Shown piece by piece: positions 25,363 to 39,470 of a stretch of DNA of 64,000 nt; the stretch's first letter is position 1, and the number at the start of each line of letters is the position of its first letter. A model generated the notes under the pieces. The model ran no database searches, was not told the origin of the DNA, and saw only the letters and a list, made by a program, of their open reading frames with translations. A program made the translations under genes and the position numbers. The DNA is from the human T2T-CHM13v2.0 reference genome, Homo sapiens, in assembly GCF_009914755.1 (NCBI RefSeq), contig NC_060939.1; one strand, 5' to 3'.

Positions 25363-27380
25363 CTTTATTCCTCTCTTCTTTTGTGATTTGATTTTTTTTT
25401 TTTTTTTTTTTTTTGGCAGTGGTATACTTTGACTTCTTTATCATTTCCTTTTGGGTATCTGCTACAGGTTTTTTTCTTTGTGGTTATAATGAGACTTACA
25501 TAAATTATAACAGGCTATTTTAGGCTATAAGCAACTTAACATACAAAAACTCTGTATTTTAAGTTCTCCTTCCCTTACATATTACTGATATTACAAATTA
25601 CATCTTTCTATATTGTGTATTCCTTGACACATTATTGTAGCTATAGTTATTTTTAATAATTTTTTCTTTTTAACTTTATGCTAGAGTTAAATGTGATTTT
25701 CACACAATTGTTACAGTATTAGAGTATTGTGAATTTGACTATATCTCACCTTTCCAATGAGTTTTGTACTGTTACATGTTGTTAGCATTTTTCATTACAA
25801 CGTGAATTTATGAAGCATTTCTTGTAAGGCAGATCTAGTGGTGATAACTCCTTCAACTTTTGTTTTTCTGGGACAGTCTCTATCTCTACTTCATTTCTGA
25901 AGGACAGTTTTGCTGAGTATTGTATTATTGGTTGCCAGGATATTTTCTTTCAGTACTTGATTATCCTACTATCTCCTGGCATGCAAGATTTCTTCTGAGA
26001 TATCTACCTATAGTTTTGTAGTGGTTCTGTTGTAAGTGATGAGTTGCTTTTCTCTTACTGCTTTCAAAATTCTTTATTTTTTTAAGAATTGTATAACAAT
26101 GTGTTTCAATCAAGATCTCATTATGTTTAATCTATTGGGATTCATTGAGCTTCTTGGATACAGATGTTCATTTCCTTCTCTAGATTTGAAAATGCTTCTG
26201 TCATTGTTTCTTCACATAAGCTTTCTGCTTCTTTCTCTTTCTCTTCTCCTTTTGGTACTGCAAAAAAGGCATATATTCATTTGTTTGATGGTGTCCCAAG
26301 TTGCATAGGCTTTCTTCCCTTTTTTTCTTTTTATTCTTCTGCCTGGCTAATTTTTAAAAACACATCTTTATGTGCCTTGATTCTTCTGTCTGATGAAGTC
26401 TGCTGCTGAAGGTCTCTATGGAATTTTTCAGTACAATCATTATGTTCTTCAGCTCCAAATTTCTATTTGGTTTTTGTTTTGTTTTTCTTTATTGAACTTG
26501 TCATTGTGTTTATGTATTGTTTTTCTGATATCGTTTAGTTGTCTGTGTTCTCTTGTAGCTTACTAAACTTCTTTAAGATAATTATTTTGAAGTCTTTGTC
26601 AGGAAGTTTATAGGTCTTCGTTTCTGAGAGTCAGTTATTGGTACTTTATTTTTTTCCTTTGGTGGTTTCATGTTTCCCTGATTATTTGTGATCCTTGTGG
26701 ATCTGCAGTAGTGTCTGCATTTGAATAAGTGGGCACCTTTTCCAGTCTTTATAGACTGACATCTCCAGTGAAAGGCCTTCACCAGTCAGCTTGTCCAGAG
26801 ACTCTGAGCAGAGTAGCCAGCAGGGTCTGCAGGCAGGCTTGCTGTGAAAGTCTCCAAGTCAGCTGGCATAGTGCCTGGGTCAGTGGGTAGGTGATCCCAA
26901 TGCCTGGGTCCACAGGGACTGGCCTGGTACCTGGATCCATAGAGCTGAGGACCCTAGGGGCCAGCCTGGAAGCTGTCTGTGAGGTCAGCCTGGTGATGGG
27001 GCAGGTCTGGAGGCTAGGTCCACTGGTGACAACCTGGATCCCTGAACCATGAGGGCTGGCCTGGAGCCTGGGGCTACAGGGGGTAAACTGTCTCTGGAGG
27101 AAACCCAGAGCCTGAGTTCACTGGGGTGGGACTGATGCTGGTGTCCACAGTGGTGGGCCAGCCTGGTACTAGGTGGACCTGGAGCCTGTGGCCATAAGAG
27201 TTGTCCTGGTGCTGAGGTAGGCCTAGAAGCTAGGTCTTCAGGGACTGGTCTAGAGCCTATGGCTACAGGAGCCAGCCTGATGTTGGGGTGGACCTGGAAC
27301 CTGAGGCCATGATGGCTGGCCTGGCACTGTAGTGGGCTTGGAAGCTGGGTCCATGGGGGCTAGCCTTGGTCAGAGTGAGC
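25363..27380 (-). mobile_element. Old L1M 5' portion (inter-ORF, ORF1, GC-rich 5' UTR)
   Basis: Antisense ORF1 phrases TTCTTGTAAGGCAGATCTAGTGG, CTTCATTTCTGAAGGACAGTTTTGCTG; 5' UTR at 26800-27380 with degenerate GGCCTGGAGCCTGGGTCCAC repeats. Confidence 0.8.
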
Positions 27381-27384
27381 CTTG

Positions 27385-27458
27385 TAACACACAATGTTAG
27401 ATTATATCACCCCTTGCTTAGAACTCTCTAATAACTTCCCATCTCTCCCTTTCTCTCC

Positions 27459-27489
<31 letters not shown>

Positions 27490-27830
27490 TCACACACACA
27501 CACACACAAATAACAATCCCAAGTCCTTCCCTCAGTCTGCTTACCTGGCCCACAGGATCTAGCCCTTTGACCTTTCCTTTGTTCACTGTGTCCAGTTGCA
27601 CTTATCTTCTTCCTGTAACTTGAACATTATCCACCCTTGGTATGTTTGTACAGTTTCTTCTTTTTCTATGGAATTTTCTACTTCCAGAAATCTATAATTC
27701 ATTCCCTTACTTTATTCTAGTTTGAATGCAAATATCACCTTCTCATGGAGGCCTTTCTGAACTTCCCTGTCTAAAATAGGACCATGTACCCCATCATCCT
27801 CTATCCTCTGATACTGATCCTGTACTTGAC
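27385..27830 (+). mobile_element. L2 fragment containing a (CT)n(CA)n microsatellite
   Basis: CACCCCTTGCTTAGAACTCTC, ATATCACCTTCTCATGGAGGCCTTTCTGA; microsatellite at 27441-27507. A matching L2 3' end lies at ~28405-28510. Confidence 0.7.
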
Positions 27831-30048
27831 CACTTTGTCCAATGACAGGATTCTGGATTTGCACAGAGTCATAAAACAACCTCACAGGAACATGTGCTGC
27901 TGTGCATGGAATCTGAAGCCCTTTCTTTGGACCTTACCCTAGTCTACCCTCAGAGCCATAAACTGGGTTTCATGGCCTTCAGAAGACCCTTCTCTGAAAT
28001 CTATCCAGCAAAGCAGGATGCTAGGGGCATGGCCAGTTGTGAGAGCCTGGATAGCACACAAGCGACCAAGGACACATATCTTTTGCAATTTGTCTATTTC
28101 ACCCTCACAGAAACTTTGCCAGGAGGCCTAACAGAGAACACCTTGAAAATGCTTACTTTAGTATACTGTTAAACAATCTCAGAAAAAAAAAATTAAAATA
28201 CATTTATCTTTTTGAGCCAAATTTCCCCATGGAAAATAGCAAGATGATTTTCTCTTTATAGCTGTGGTATCAGCTGCAGAGAAATCCCTATGGCAAGTGA
28301 GTCTCAATGATGGCTGTTTGCCATTGAGTCAGCTAGAATATCTATAAGCACAGTGAATTCTGCAGTATGCCACACTTATTCCCCTGAAGAATAGATGCAC
28401 TTATTCCTCTAGTGCTAGGGGATGTCTATCTAGTTCACTGCTGTATCCACAGTGGCTGGGACAGTACTAGACACATGGTAGGTGTTCAGTAAATGCACTG
28501 GATGAAAAATGAATATCCTGTTCATTCATTAGTCTTCTCTACACAATACCAGAAGCTATATGAGACAGCTATTGATGCACAAGTACAAAAGCTCTTCGAG
28601 GAACTGGCCAGGGCCCAAACTACAAGATCTGAGGAAAGGCTTGTTTCTACTGTTTGTGTTTATAATGCTGGCTGTGAGGGTTGGTAGAGATTGTGGGGTG
28701 TATAATTTGTGAATAGAAAGTAGCATGGGTGGGGTGAGAGTTTCTATTTGATGCCACACACAGTTGAAATGCAGCGTCTCCCCGAAATAGTGAAACTGAC
28801 TTCCCTGGTACAGTTCACATAAAAAGAATGGAACTTACATACCTCAGCCTTTCTAGCTGGGACTTAGAGTACAGCAGTCTTTGGAGCACTACAGAAAGTT
28901 CTGGCTGACATTGACTGCTGCAAGCCTAATAGAAGAATGGCTAAAAGCAAATGGCTGTGTCTGTTCTTGATGTATACATTGGAAACCCTGCAGGAGTAGA
29001 GGGTGTATGCTCTTGTATTGGCTCGTCTTCTCACCAGTACTACCACACTTGCAGGACCTTATGATAGTTGCAGGGTGCTTAAACCTGCATGCATCCTCCC
29101 AGTTCATATCCCAGGCAGTCTCTGCTGGAGAACCACCACATCATCAGAAGATGTTAAAGTCAGAAGGGACTTTAGGGCTCATCCCCTGCAGTTGTGTTTA
29201 TGCTGGTTCCCTTGCTTTAGCTAGAAGAGCTCTGCTTTTCATCTGTTTTCTTCATTTCACTTGAGAAAGGCAATATATTTCTGAATAAATTACAAACCAG
29301 GAAACATACAAGCTCTTTATATTAGAGTCCAGGAAACCCAAGTCCAAAGATGTGTTGAGACGGACTTAAGTCCCAAGGCAGTTAGTGGCAGAATCAAACT
29401 ATGACTATGGGTATTGTGTCATCAAGCCTAGCTCTGTTTCTCCACTCCATGCATTACTGCCTGTGCCAATCATTTGATGTGGCCATCTTTATTACTTAAC
29501 TTTCTCCATATGTTAATGTTGTTCTACCCACCAGTTTTTACAGGCCTTAAAGAGCAGAGCATTTCACACCTGTCTTTATACAAACCCCAACCCCACAGAG
29601 CCACAGCCTAGGGATTTACACCTCCTAGGTATTCAGGTGCTTTAGTGCTTGAGTGGTCACAGCTGACTGCTCCTGGCTGCCTACAGCCTGAGAAGCGGAG
29701 CCAGCTCTACCCTCTTTTCTTGGCACAGCTCTTACCTCCTTGAGTTCCAGAAATAAGCAGAACTGTGGGGACAGTGGAAGAAGAAGAGTGTCTTTTTGTC
29801 CAGTCCCATCACTCCTCTGCCCTCTGGTAGGCCACACTCCTCTAGGGTATTTTATCTGGTTCCTCAGAGCAGCACTACTGAAGCCATTCTGCCTGTGCAG
29901 GGTTGGGGATAAGTAAAGATGTGATTGCTCCCAAACCAGCTTGGCCCAGTACACATTGTGCTCTTTGGTCCCTGCCTTCCCTCTACCACTTTCCCTTTTT
30001 TGGTGGGTGTGAGGAGGATTGTTGGTGGTGAAATACAGGAAGAAGGGA

Positions 30049-31401
30049 TGTGTTAGTTAACCATTGCTGCGTTAAAAAATGAATGCTTTTTTTCATATGT
30101 TTGTTGGCTGCATAAATGTCTTCTTTTGAAAAGTGTTCATATCCTTCACCCACTTTTTGATGGGGTTTTTTGTTTTTTTCTTGCAAATTTGTTTAAGTTC
30201 CTTGTAGATTCTGGATATTAGCCCTTTGTCAGATGGATAGATTGCAAAAATTTTTTCCTGTTCTGTAGGTTGCCTGTTCACTCTGATGATAGTTTCCTTT
30301 GTTGTGCAGAAGCTCTTTAAATTAATTAGATCCCATTTGTCAATTTTGGCTTTTGTTGCCATTGCTTTTGATGTTTTATGAAGTCTTTGCCCATGCCTTG
30401 TCATCATCACTGGTCATTAGAGAAATGCAAATCAAAACCACAGTGAGATACCATCTCATGTCAGTTAGAATGGCAGTCATTAAAAAGTCAGGAAACAACA
30501 GATGCTGGAGAGGATGTGGAGAAATAGGAATGCTTTTACACTGTTTGTGGGAGTGTAAATTAGTTCACATAGGAACAGAGAACCAAACACCGCATGTTCT
30601 CACTCATAAGTGGGAGTTGAACAATGAGAACACATGGACACTGGGAGGGGAACATCACACACCGGGGCCTGTTGAGAGGTGGGGGGCACCGGGAGGGATA
30701 GCATTAGGAGAAATACCTAATGTAGGTGACGGGTTGATGGGTGCAGCAAACCACCGTGGCACATGTATACCTATGTAACAAACCTGCACGTTCCGCACAT
30801 GTATCCTAGAACTTAAAGAGTAATAAAAAATAAATAAATAAATAATGCAAACTTAGCAGCTTAAAACAACATGCATTTATTATTTCACAGTTTCCATGGA
30901 TCAGGAGTCTGGGCAAAACTTATCTGACTCCTCTGCTTAGGGTCTCACAAGACTATGTTCAAGAGGCTGCAGTCTTATCTGAGACTCGGGGTCCTCTTGC
31001 AAGTCCATGTGGATTCTGGCAAAATTTATTTCTGTACATCTGTAAAATTAATAATGGCTTACTTCTTTAGGGCTGACAGAAGAGGGAGTCTGCTATCCAG
31101 AATCTCTAAGCTCAGGGAAGGAATAAGCCCCCTTTTAAAGGACTACTTGATTAGGGGAGATTAGAACAGAAGTTCTACAGAGGTTCTGAGGTTCTGCGGA
31201 TTAGAACCTTAACTTAATTTCACTTGCAAAATCCCTTCACTTATAACACAGTATAATCATGGCAGTGATATCCCATCACCTTGGTCACATTCTATTAGCA
31301 AGTCACAGGTCCTGCCCACACTCAAGAGGAGATTGTTTCACAAAGGCATGAATACACGGAGTCAGAGGTTGCAGGGGTTATTTTAGGTTGCTATTATCAC
31401 A
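30049..31401 (-). mobile_element. MLT1E/F-type MaLR solo LTR, interrupted by an L1
   Basis: TGTGTTAGTT..ATTGCTGC start, AAACTTAGCAGCTTAAAACAAC, end CTATTATCACA; TSD AGGGA / AGGGG. Confidence 0.8.
30087..30840 (+). mobile_element. 5'-inverted, truncated L1PA (PA6-8-like)
   Basis: Antisense ORF2 at 30087-30400, sense ORF2 end and 3' UTR at 30401-30822, (TAAA)n tail; approximate TSD AAAT(G)AATGC. Confidence 0.92.
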
Positions 31402-31929
31402 AGGGGATTATTAGAAGGATAAGTAACTTACTCATGGTTACCTCATGGCAGAATCAGTTTTCCAGTCAAGAGTGCCTGAAGTTAGGGCTTCTGTTCTTAA
31501 CCTCTACTGCCTAAATCATATATTTGAAAAACAAACCAACTGTTGTGATGTTCAATGGCAAGCAACCTGTACAGGCACATTTATCTAACTAGCTTGGTAT
31601 AACCTTAGGTAGCTCCTTCATGCTGCGTCTCATTCCTTCCCCCTGTAACACCACCTGATTTTTGTGAGGATTGGTGAAAAAGCACAAAGCATTGCAAATA
31701 GCAGGTACCTATAAATGCTATTAAACTGAAATGAAAGGTAGCAGTTTTGAGTAGAGGAAGTTGTCCAATTTAACCTCTTCCTCCTTCTGCCAAGGTTGGT
31801 CTAGAATGCTATGAGTATTGGTGTGATTGGAGGAAGGAAGAGGATGACTGAAAGTGAAAATTAATGTCTCTGAGACCTCACCTCCCTTCTTCCTCTCTGC
31901 TGAAGGCCAAGGGGGTACACTGGAGAAAT

Positions 31930-32230
31930 TCTGAGCAGCACAGTTTTAGGATCACATTTCTTTTTCAGGAAACTTTCTGTGAGAGTGGAATGAAAATGAG
32001 TTGAAGGATGGTAAGAAAAGAATACCAAATATAGAAAGCTCTTGCAAAATTGTGAGTGAGAGATAATTGTTACCTGAATCAAGACATGAGAAGAGGGCTG
32101 GAGAGGAAGAGCCTCTGCAGGTATTTAGGATACAGAACCTATAGAATTTTGTAGTCATTTATGTGTGAGGAATAAAATAAATGAGCCTAAAAAGAGGTGT
32201 AAAATAATCATTAAAGAGGTTGGAATAAAA
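31930..32230 (-). mobile_element. L2 fragment
   Basis: TTTTAGGATCACA.., CTTGCAAAATTGTGAGTGAGAGATAATTG, GGTATTTAGGATACAGAA. Confidence 0.5.
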
Positions 32231-32389
32231 CCAGCAAGCTTCCTAAAAAAGATGCGATGCATCATTTCCATCATCTCCTCCTTACATGGGATATAGCCTT
32301 TTGCTGAGTCAGGGAAAAGAGAGGGCTTATCAGAGTGTGTGGTAGCATGTAAGGCGATCAGCATCATATCTACGACTGGGTCCTAAGGA

Positions 32390-32566
32390 GCCATTGCTTT
32401 TAGCCCCGAACCCTGGGACTAGCCGTAAGTATCACTTGGAAACTTGTTAGCATTTGTTTCATCCTAGATCTACTGAATTAGAAGGTAGGGATGGGGCTTA
32501 GTAGTCTGTATTTTAACAAGCTTTCTTAGTGATTTTCATTCAGAATAAAATTTGAGGATTGCTGTA
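32390..32566 (+). mobile_element. MER5A hAT DNA transposon
   Basis: ATCACTTGGAAACTTGTTAG, CCTAGATCTACTGAATTAGAA, TCTGTATTTTAACAAG, AATTTGAGGATTGCTG. Confidence 0.7.
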
Positions 32567-35065
32567 GAGAATTCATTTTGGTTCTGAAAATAGATCCACT
32601 CACAAAATCCCTGGGCAGTTAGGCAAAATGAATATATACACAGGGTCTTCCACAATGGGCCATTATTCAAGCTGAAGTACAACGGGCTGGACATGTAGGA
32701 ACTCAGTGAGGGTAAGGTTCACTTTTCTCCCACACCTGAAGACGCCAAATGATAGCTTCCAAATTCTCAAAGAAGATGTCTCTGATTCATATTTTGTTTG
32801 TTATTGAGTATTGCTCATAATAAAACATTTTCAAAAGGAAAGAAAAATGAAGGATAGGAGATGGGGGAGGAAAAGGCCATATTATTTGGTTTTGCCCTTG
32901 AGAATTCCAGGCCCTGACTCCTCACCTTGCATTTTCAGTTACCACCTTCACAGCTTGCTCAAAGGCCTGTACCCAGAATCCTCTGGCGGTTTAGAATCTA
33001 TAGAGCAGAGGTGTGGATGGAAGGGGGTGCCCATAAGGACCCCCTAACTCTTTCTGTCACACTTGGTCACTCAGATAAGGAATCTAAGACCAGTGCAGAC
33101 ATTCACCGTTCCCTGATCACTGTAGCAAGAGGAAGGACAAGGCCTTGGGTGAGGCCTGTGTCTGAGGCCTGATTCAAATTACTTTCAGAAGTGGTCTCAG
33201 GATAAGTTCCAGTGTGCACCTCTATCTCTCTGAACCTCAGCTACCTTATTTTCAAAATGGAAGAGTTAATGGTATACCCAATATTTTTATTTTTACCTGT
33301 TCGTTCATGTCCCACAATTCCTAACCCTAGAGGTGATATCAGTATAGCTCTGGAGGCAAGGGAGAGTGCTACTCACTGTATTTATTATTTGAGGGAAAGG
33401 TCTTTAAGATTTTCAGTATTGGGTTCACTTTAAAGCAAGACAAAACCAGCCAAACTCATAACTCTGAGAAGTTCTGTGAATATTTTTGTCCGTATGTATA
33501 TGAAGCTAGTATTTTTGTGTGGAGAGTATTAAATTTACATTGACAGAGAGATTTGAAGTAAGCAGAAGAAGGCAGTTTCTCTGACCTTAGAAATTTTTCT
33601 TGAGGAAGGTTTTGTGATCTTTCAGATGTCTCTGAGGCACAGAGAAAGAGCTCTTTCTGAAGGAACGACTCAGTCCAACCATTCTTTCATCTTCAAATTA
33701 GAGGGCATTAAATAAGTTGAATTTTTTTTTCAAATTTTTGAACCCAGAGATTCCACAGTTTTGTTTTCCTTCTGCACAAAATTAATTCCTTGACTTTTAG
33801 TCTGTTTCCTTCATCCTTCCTTTTTTCATTTGAAAAAATATGTTTTGAGCAAGACTCAAAGGCAAACAGAATGTGAGCCAGAGGCATTTTGTTTCTCTAA
33901 AATATTTGGAAAGTTTCATTTGACAACTTCAGGTGGAGTAGAAAGGCGAGACTTTTCCTCACTGTACTCCTAAATATCCAGCCAACTGTACTTCAGTTTG
34001 AGTCCTGCCCATTGCAGAGAGCTATACATCTGTTTTGTCTGACTTCCCAGAGGTTATATAAGGGTGCATTTTCAGAAACAAACACAATAACAAAAATTAA
34101 TTCACACAAAATTTTTTGAAAAAAAACCATAAATTGTTTTCCTGATTTCAAATAATTATGGTACCCTTTTATCACAACGTGAACCAAAATGTTCATTCTC
34201 TCACCGAAATGCACTTCCTTGTTTATTCCCTTACCCAAGACATAATTTTGTCTCGAACATAATCCTCCTCTGCAATTTATTTTAGTAACTGAAAGCAATT
34301 TTCAGATTTATTTTGAAAGTCAAATGATTCCTCATAACAATCCTACTAATTATATTTGTGGAGGATTTGGAATAATTGTTTTTCTATCAGAAAGTAAAGG
34401 CAAAGAAGGGTGAGGTGATGGATTAAGACTACACAGGGAATCCCTGTTTATGCTAGATGAGAATTGAGTTCATTCAGTAAATATTTAGTAATGTTCCCAT
34501 TACTAATCTAATTCTTTATATACTGGAATATAGTTCTTGTGTTTTGCCTTACACTCCGCGTGCCTTTTAAAGGGAGAATTTTATCCCAATATTTTCCTGA
34601 TTCTCCCAACATGCATCCCAAACTCATAGAATCACACCATCAGGAGGGAACCTTATACTACTTTGTATCCAAAGGCAAAGAAGGAAGAAAAGCAAAGGAA
34701 AGTAGAAAAGCTAACAGGAGTCTAGAAAAAGCATACTAGAATGATTTTTATTCTTCAGCTATAATAGAGGAAAACGAAAGGTTTCTCAAAATAGAACTAA
34801 CATTTTCCCTTGCTTCCGATTAAGCAATGACTCTTACACAAGACTTTCTGTGTAATTTCTCTTTATGTAAGTCCTGATTCACAAAACCCTTGGCATTAAA
34901 AACTGAGTAACTTCAGAAGCTCAAGACCTTATTATAACTGAAATATCTATTGTAAAGATGGTAAAATGCTCTCCTATTTAAAGTAAGAGGATAAAGGAGT
35001 GTTACAGCTAGAAGAGACTCTAGAGATCATCTACTTCAGGGAGCCAGAGAGGTTTTATTTCATAC

Positions 35066-35600
35066 TGTTTAATACAGGTTTTATTACTATTAGGTATGAT
35101 AAGGCCAACAGATTAGGAGATGACTTCCATTGGAAAGATAGTTATATTCACAGATCCCAAGAGAAGGGGGCATGCCACAAGCACACATGGGGAAGCACCA
35201 GGGCCAGTTAGGAGACAGACGGAGAGTGGAGAACTGTAGGAAAGAACATTATTATTTTTGTTTCTGTGGGAAGGAACAAGTGACATAGTGGAAACAGATT
35301 TAGGATTAGCTAGTTTGAATAATTTCAGCAGATTCTGGGGCATAGGTACTATCCTTGCTTGTTTGGTACCTGGCCTTGGAGTGCTTAGAGCGAGTGGATA
35401 GAGGCTCAGAATATGAGAGCTCTAATAAAGGAAGTGCTTGGGGTGTGGGCTCTTGATTGGTTGGTTTGCATTTGAATTGATTCGTTTGGTTGCCAGTGTG
35501 CTCCTGGGCAATTTCTTTACTGTCTCTAGGAATTGATTAACCCTGGGAAGGCGAGTCTCTCCAGAGTCATTAAGGCAGTAGTCTAACATTTCTGAATTTC
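35066..35600. mobile_element. Old ERV solo LTR (MER68/LTR47-like; family uncertain)
   Basis: AGGCCAACAGATTAGGAGATGACTTCCATTGGAAAGATAG, GGGAAGCACCAGGG, AGGATTAGCTAGTTTGAATAATTTCAGC motifs recalled from this LTR group. Confidence 0.55.
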
Positions 35601-35664
35601 CAAGGTTGGGCATTCCAAGGATTTTAACAGGAGATTTCCCTTAGCTTATATGGATGTGACATGA

Positions 35665-35997
<333 letters not shown>

Positions 35998-37827
35998 TGT
36001 TTCTCCCTCTTGAACTCTCCAACAAAACTGGGAGTTCAAAGGAAATTGCCCAAGTACTCATGATTCCTAGAATAGAGCAGAAATTATTTAGACACATGGC
36101 TGACTCTGACTGTCTCCTCAGTGCAATTGCTGGACACTAAAAAGCCCACACAAATCACAGACCAGAAGCAAAGGCAAACTTGTGAAGTAGATATAATTTC
36201 CCTTTTATGTGTTTAAATTTCCCCTAAAAACTGTCTACTCTCCTTACACGTATTTTCTGGAGCCATAGTACATGCATTCTCCCAGTTGGATGCCAGAAGC
36301 TCCCAAATTTAGCACTTTTCCCTGGCCTTCCAATTTTCGGATGTCATTATCCACTTCACATCTTAATCACTAAACCTGCTCAAATTTCAAACTAAAATAC
36401 TATGGTGGGGTGTGGGTGTGTAGGCTACAATGTTACTGAAAGAGAACCTAGCATTCTCACAAAACAGTCCATTAGGTTACATCTGTCTATAATTAGCTGG
36501 ATAATACCTTGGGTCCAAAAGGTGGAATACAGTTTAGAGAAATGTCAATGGATTAGGAATAGGAGAGTACAGAATTCTAAGTTCTGTCCATGACCATTTG
36601 CGGTAGGTTCCAGAGAGAAGGGCTGTGATTACTTCCTTAGGAGAAGAAAATCTTGCAAAATAAAAGTGAGAAGGTGTTAGGGAAAACGCTGTCTGTTCTG
36701 TTTAAGAATGGTTCTGACTTTATAACATTTTTTTCCTGAGAAAACATGCGCAGGCAAAAATAGTGAGCTACACACACCCAAGAGAATTGAATAGATGATA
36801 TGCTTTGCACAATGCAAGTTGCAAATGCCAAAGTTCATTCTTCTGCTGTAATATTCATCAATAGTTAAGAATGCCCTGGGTAAGTTATTTGCCTGACTAA
36901 AAAAACAGCATCCTGTTTTTTATAAACATGATTAGGGGTGAAAATAATTGCTTTTGTCATTTTGTCTCATTTTTATAAGATAGTTGATTCTGTTTGAGGC
37001 TAGCTTATGAATTTGGGTTTGTTCTGATTTATAAGCGACCTCTGGATGAATCTACAGTTGTTCCTGGAATTTATACCACAGGGATTCCCTTTCTTTCCTC
37101 CGTACTTAATTACCAAACATATCACACATAAATGTGATGGGAGGGCAGACAAACATTTAAATTACTTTCAAAAGGAAGCTTATGTTGGAAAATATTTGAG
37201 CTACATCCATCTTGTGGGTTTTTAAAAATCGAATTCAAGCATTTTTTTTATAATTTAGCCATCCTGATAAATTAATACTCAAAATCACTTAAGCTTATTG
37301 TTGTCCAGAGTACTGGTGGTAACACAACAAATAGTCATTTAAATGTTGCCTCTCACTTCAATATTTGGTAACCCAACCACACTCTTTAATGAAATGCTTC
37401 ATGTGAAAGGTCACCCTTGAAATCCCAGTGCCTGAGAGGGGAAAATTTCTTACCATGCTGAAATGTTAGTTTCTAGGATCTAGTATGGCAAGTCTGCGCC
37501 CTTTCTATTCATGTAATACTTTAGAGATAGGAAATGAAGCAAAGAAGCTGCTTCCAGGAGCTATGGATGTTTGTCCCCTTGGTAACCTGAATGACAAATG
37601 TGGGCAGGATGGCAATGAGAAAGTGATAAGCCTACCAGAATATCAGCAGATGTCCTTTTGGATGCATCATCTGCATTGTACTAAAAACACATGGAAGCTG
37701 TTTTCCACAGAGGCAGAGCTCTGCTCTAAGCTTGGCGCCAGATCAGTTCATACTAGGTAATTATTGTAGAATGTTTTCTCAATACCACTGTTATTGTGCC
37801 ACTTTCTTGCTAAAAACTATCCCATGG

Positions 37828-38130
37828 TGTGGTAAATGGACCCTAAAAGATGTCCATGTTCCAATACCCAGAACCTGTGAATATGTTACCCTACATGGAA
37901 AAGGGCCTTTGTTGATGTGATTAAGGTAAAGGACCTTGAGTTGGGAAGATTAGGGCCTATTACCCAGGTGGACCCAATATAATCACATGTTCTCCAAAGC
38001 AGGGAGCCTTTTCTAGACGTGGAGATAGAAACAGAAAGGGAGTGCGAGGAGGGAGAGAAAAGGTGATAATGGAAGAAGGGTCAGAGAGGTGAAGTGGAAG
38101 AAGAGATTTTGAGCATGAGAGGCACTCTCA
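37828..38130 (+). mobile_element. MLT1C/D MaLR LTR 5' fragment
   Basis: AAAGATGTCCATGTTCCAATACCCAGAACCTGTGAATATGTTACCCTACATGG..GATGTGATTAAGG. Confidence 0.8.
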
Positions 38131-38349
38131 CTGCTTGATTCACTACTGATTGACTCAGAGAACTCCAAATCTACCATGACTGTTCTTACTACTATGCCCT
38201 TCTCATACTGTTCCTTCTCTGGTTCCTTCCTCTAAATCTTAGCAGTCTGTGGTCTCATCCCACTCTGGAGCAAAGCCAATTCTAACCCATACTGTTTCTT
38301 CTACTTTTGCACTCCCATACCATTTACTTTACTATGTTGCACACATAGC

Positions 38350-39470
38350 ACAAAGATCTTCAAATTTATTGTTCTAAGGATTTGTTTATACTCTTAAAAA
38401 TTATTGAGGACCCCAAAGATCTTTTGCTAGTATAAGTTATAGCTATACTGCTTACTGTAGTAGAAATTAAAAACAAAAGTATTTTTAATAATAATGTATT
38501 AATTTATTTTAAAATAACCCCATTTCATGTTAACTTAAAAAAATTTTAATAAAGATAGTTATTATATTTTCCAAAACAAGAAAAGATAATGAGAAGTGTT
38601 GTGTTGTGTTATATTTTTGCAAATCTCTTTTATGTCTGGCTTAATAGAAGACAGCTGGAATTTCAGTCTATGTTCCTTCTATTGTTATATATTGTTTTGA
38701 TTAAAGTATTTGAAGAAAATCTGGCCTCAAACAATTTGCAGTTGTAACAGGTAAATTATTTTAAAAGCTTTCTGGATAACTCTCTATATATTTTTTGATC
38801 AATAAGTGCTAGTTTATTAAAGGTAATACTCTGTTACTTTAAAATCCAGTCACTTCCCCTGCATTTTGAAGGAAATTTTTAACCCATATATGATTTTGTA
38901 GTATGCCTGATTGTTCATTTGGAAAATATTGGTTTATTGAGTTGTACAAATCTTATAAGTATTGACACAATTTATTAGGACATATAAAAAAAAATCAGGC
39001 TTGTTAAAATCAACACCAGTATTATCAGATAAGTATTTACGTGTTAAGAGGGCGTCAAGTCACAGTGGTGGACATAAGATTTCAAAAGTTCTAATTTTCA
39101 CTTGAAAGCTTAAATTTGATTGCTGTCAACAAATATTGTCAGTCATATTTTTTTTATGGGGCAGGCTCATTTCATTCATTTTTAAAAGATGCTGTCAAAA
39201 ACCCAAGCCTGAACACCCAAACTGACTCAGTGTGTCAATCATTATTTTATGAAAAAAGTGGCTACTTCAACTTGTAACTCAAATCGCAGTGAGGAAAGGC
39301 ATTGACATATGATGTCTTCGCTTCTGACTTCCAGCAGGACACAGATTTCCATTAAAGTGAGCATCAAAGTTCCAAAGGGACTGTCTAGCATTCTTTGGAT
39401 TAGAAAAATTATATCCACATGCATGCAACAGCCCCAGAAGTGGATGATATTGCCTTAGAGACCCTGCTTG
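38350..39470 (+). mobile_element. Arthur1/MER69 hAT-Tip100 DNA transposon
   Basis: TACTCTTAAAAATTATTGAGGACCCCAAAGA, TGGCTTAATAGAAGACAGCTGGA, TTTTCACTTGAAAGCTT; strand and right boundary are tentative. Confidence 0.7.

Noticed and set aside
26800-27380. GC-rich degenerate repeat array that could suggest a CRISPR-like or coding repeat
   Set aside because: The units are degenerate with no unique spacers and sit directly upstream of an antisense L1 ORF1; this is an old L1M 5' UTR.
27894-29954. Cluster of overlapping 60-109 aa ORFs in less repetitive DNA
   Set aside because: No recognisable domains, no consistent strand or splice structure; lengths are as expected by chance.
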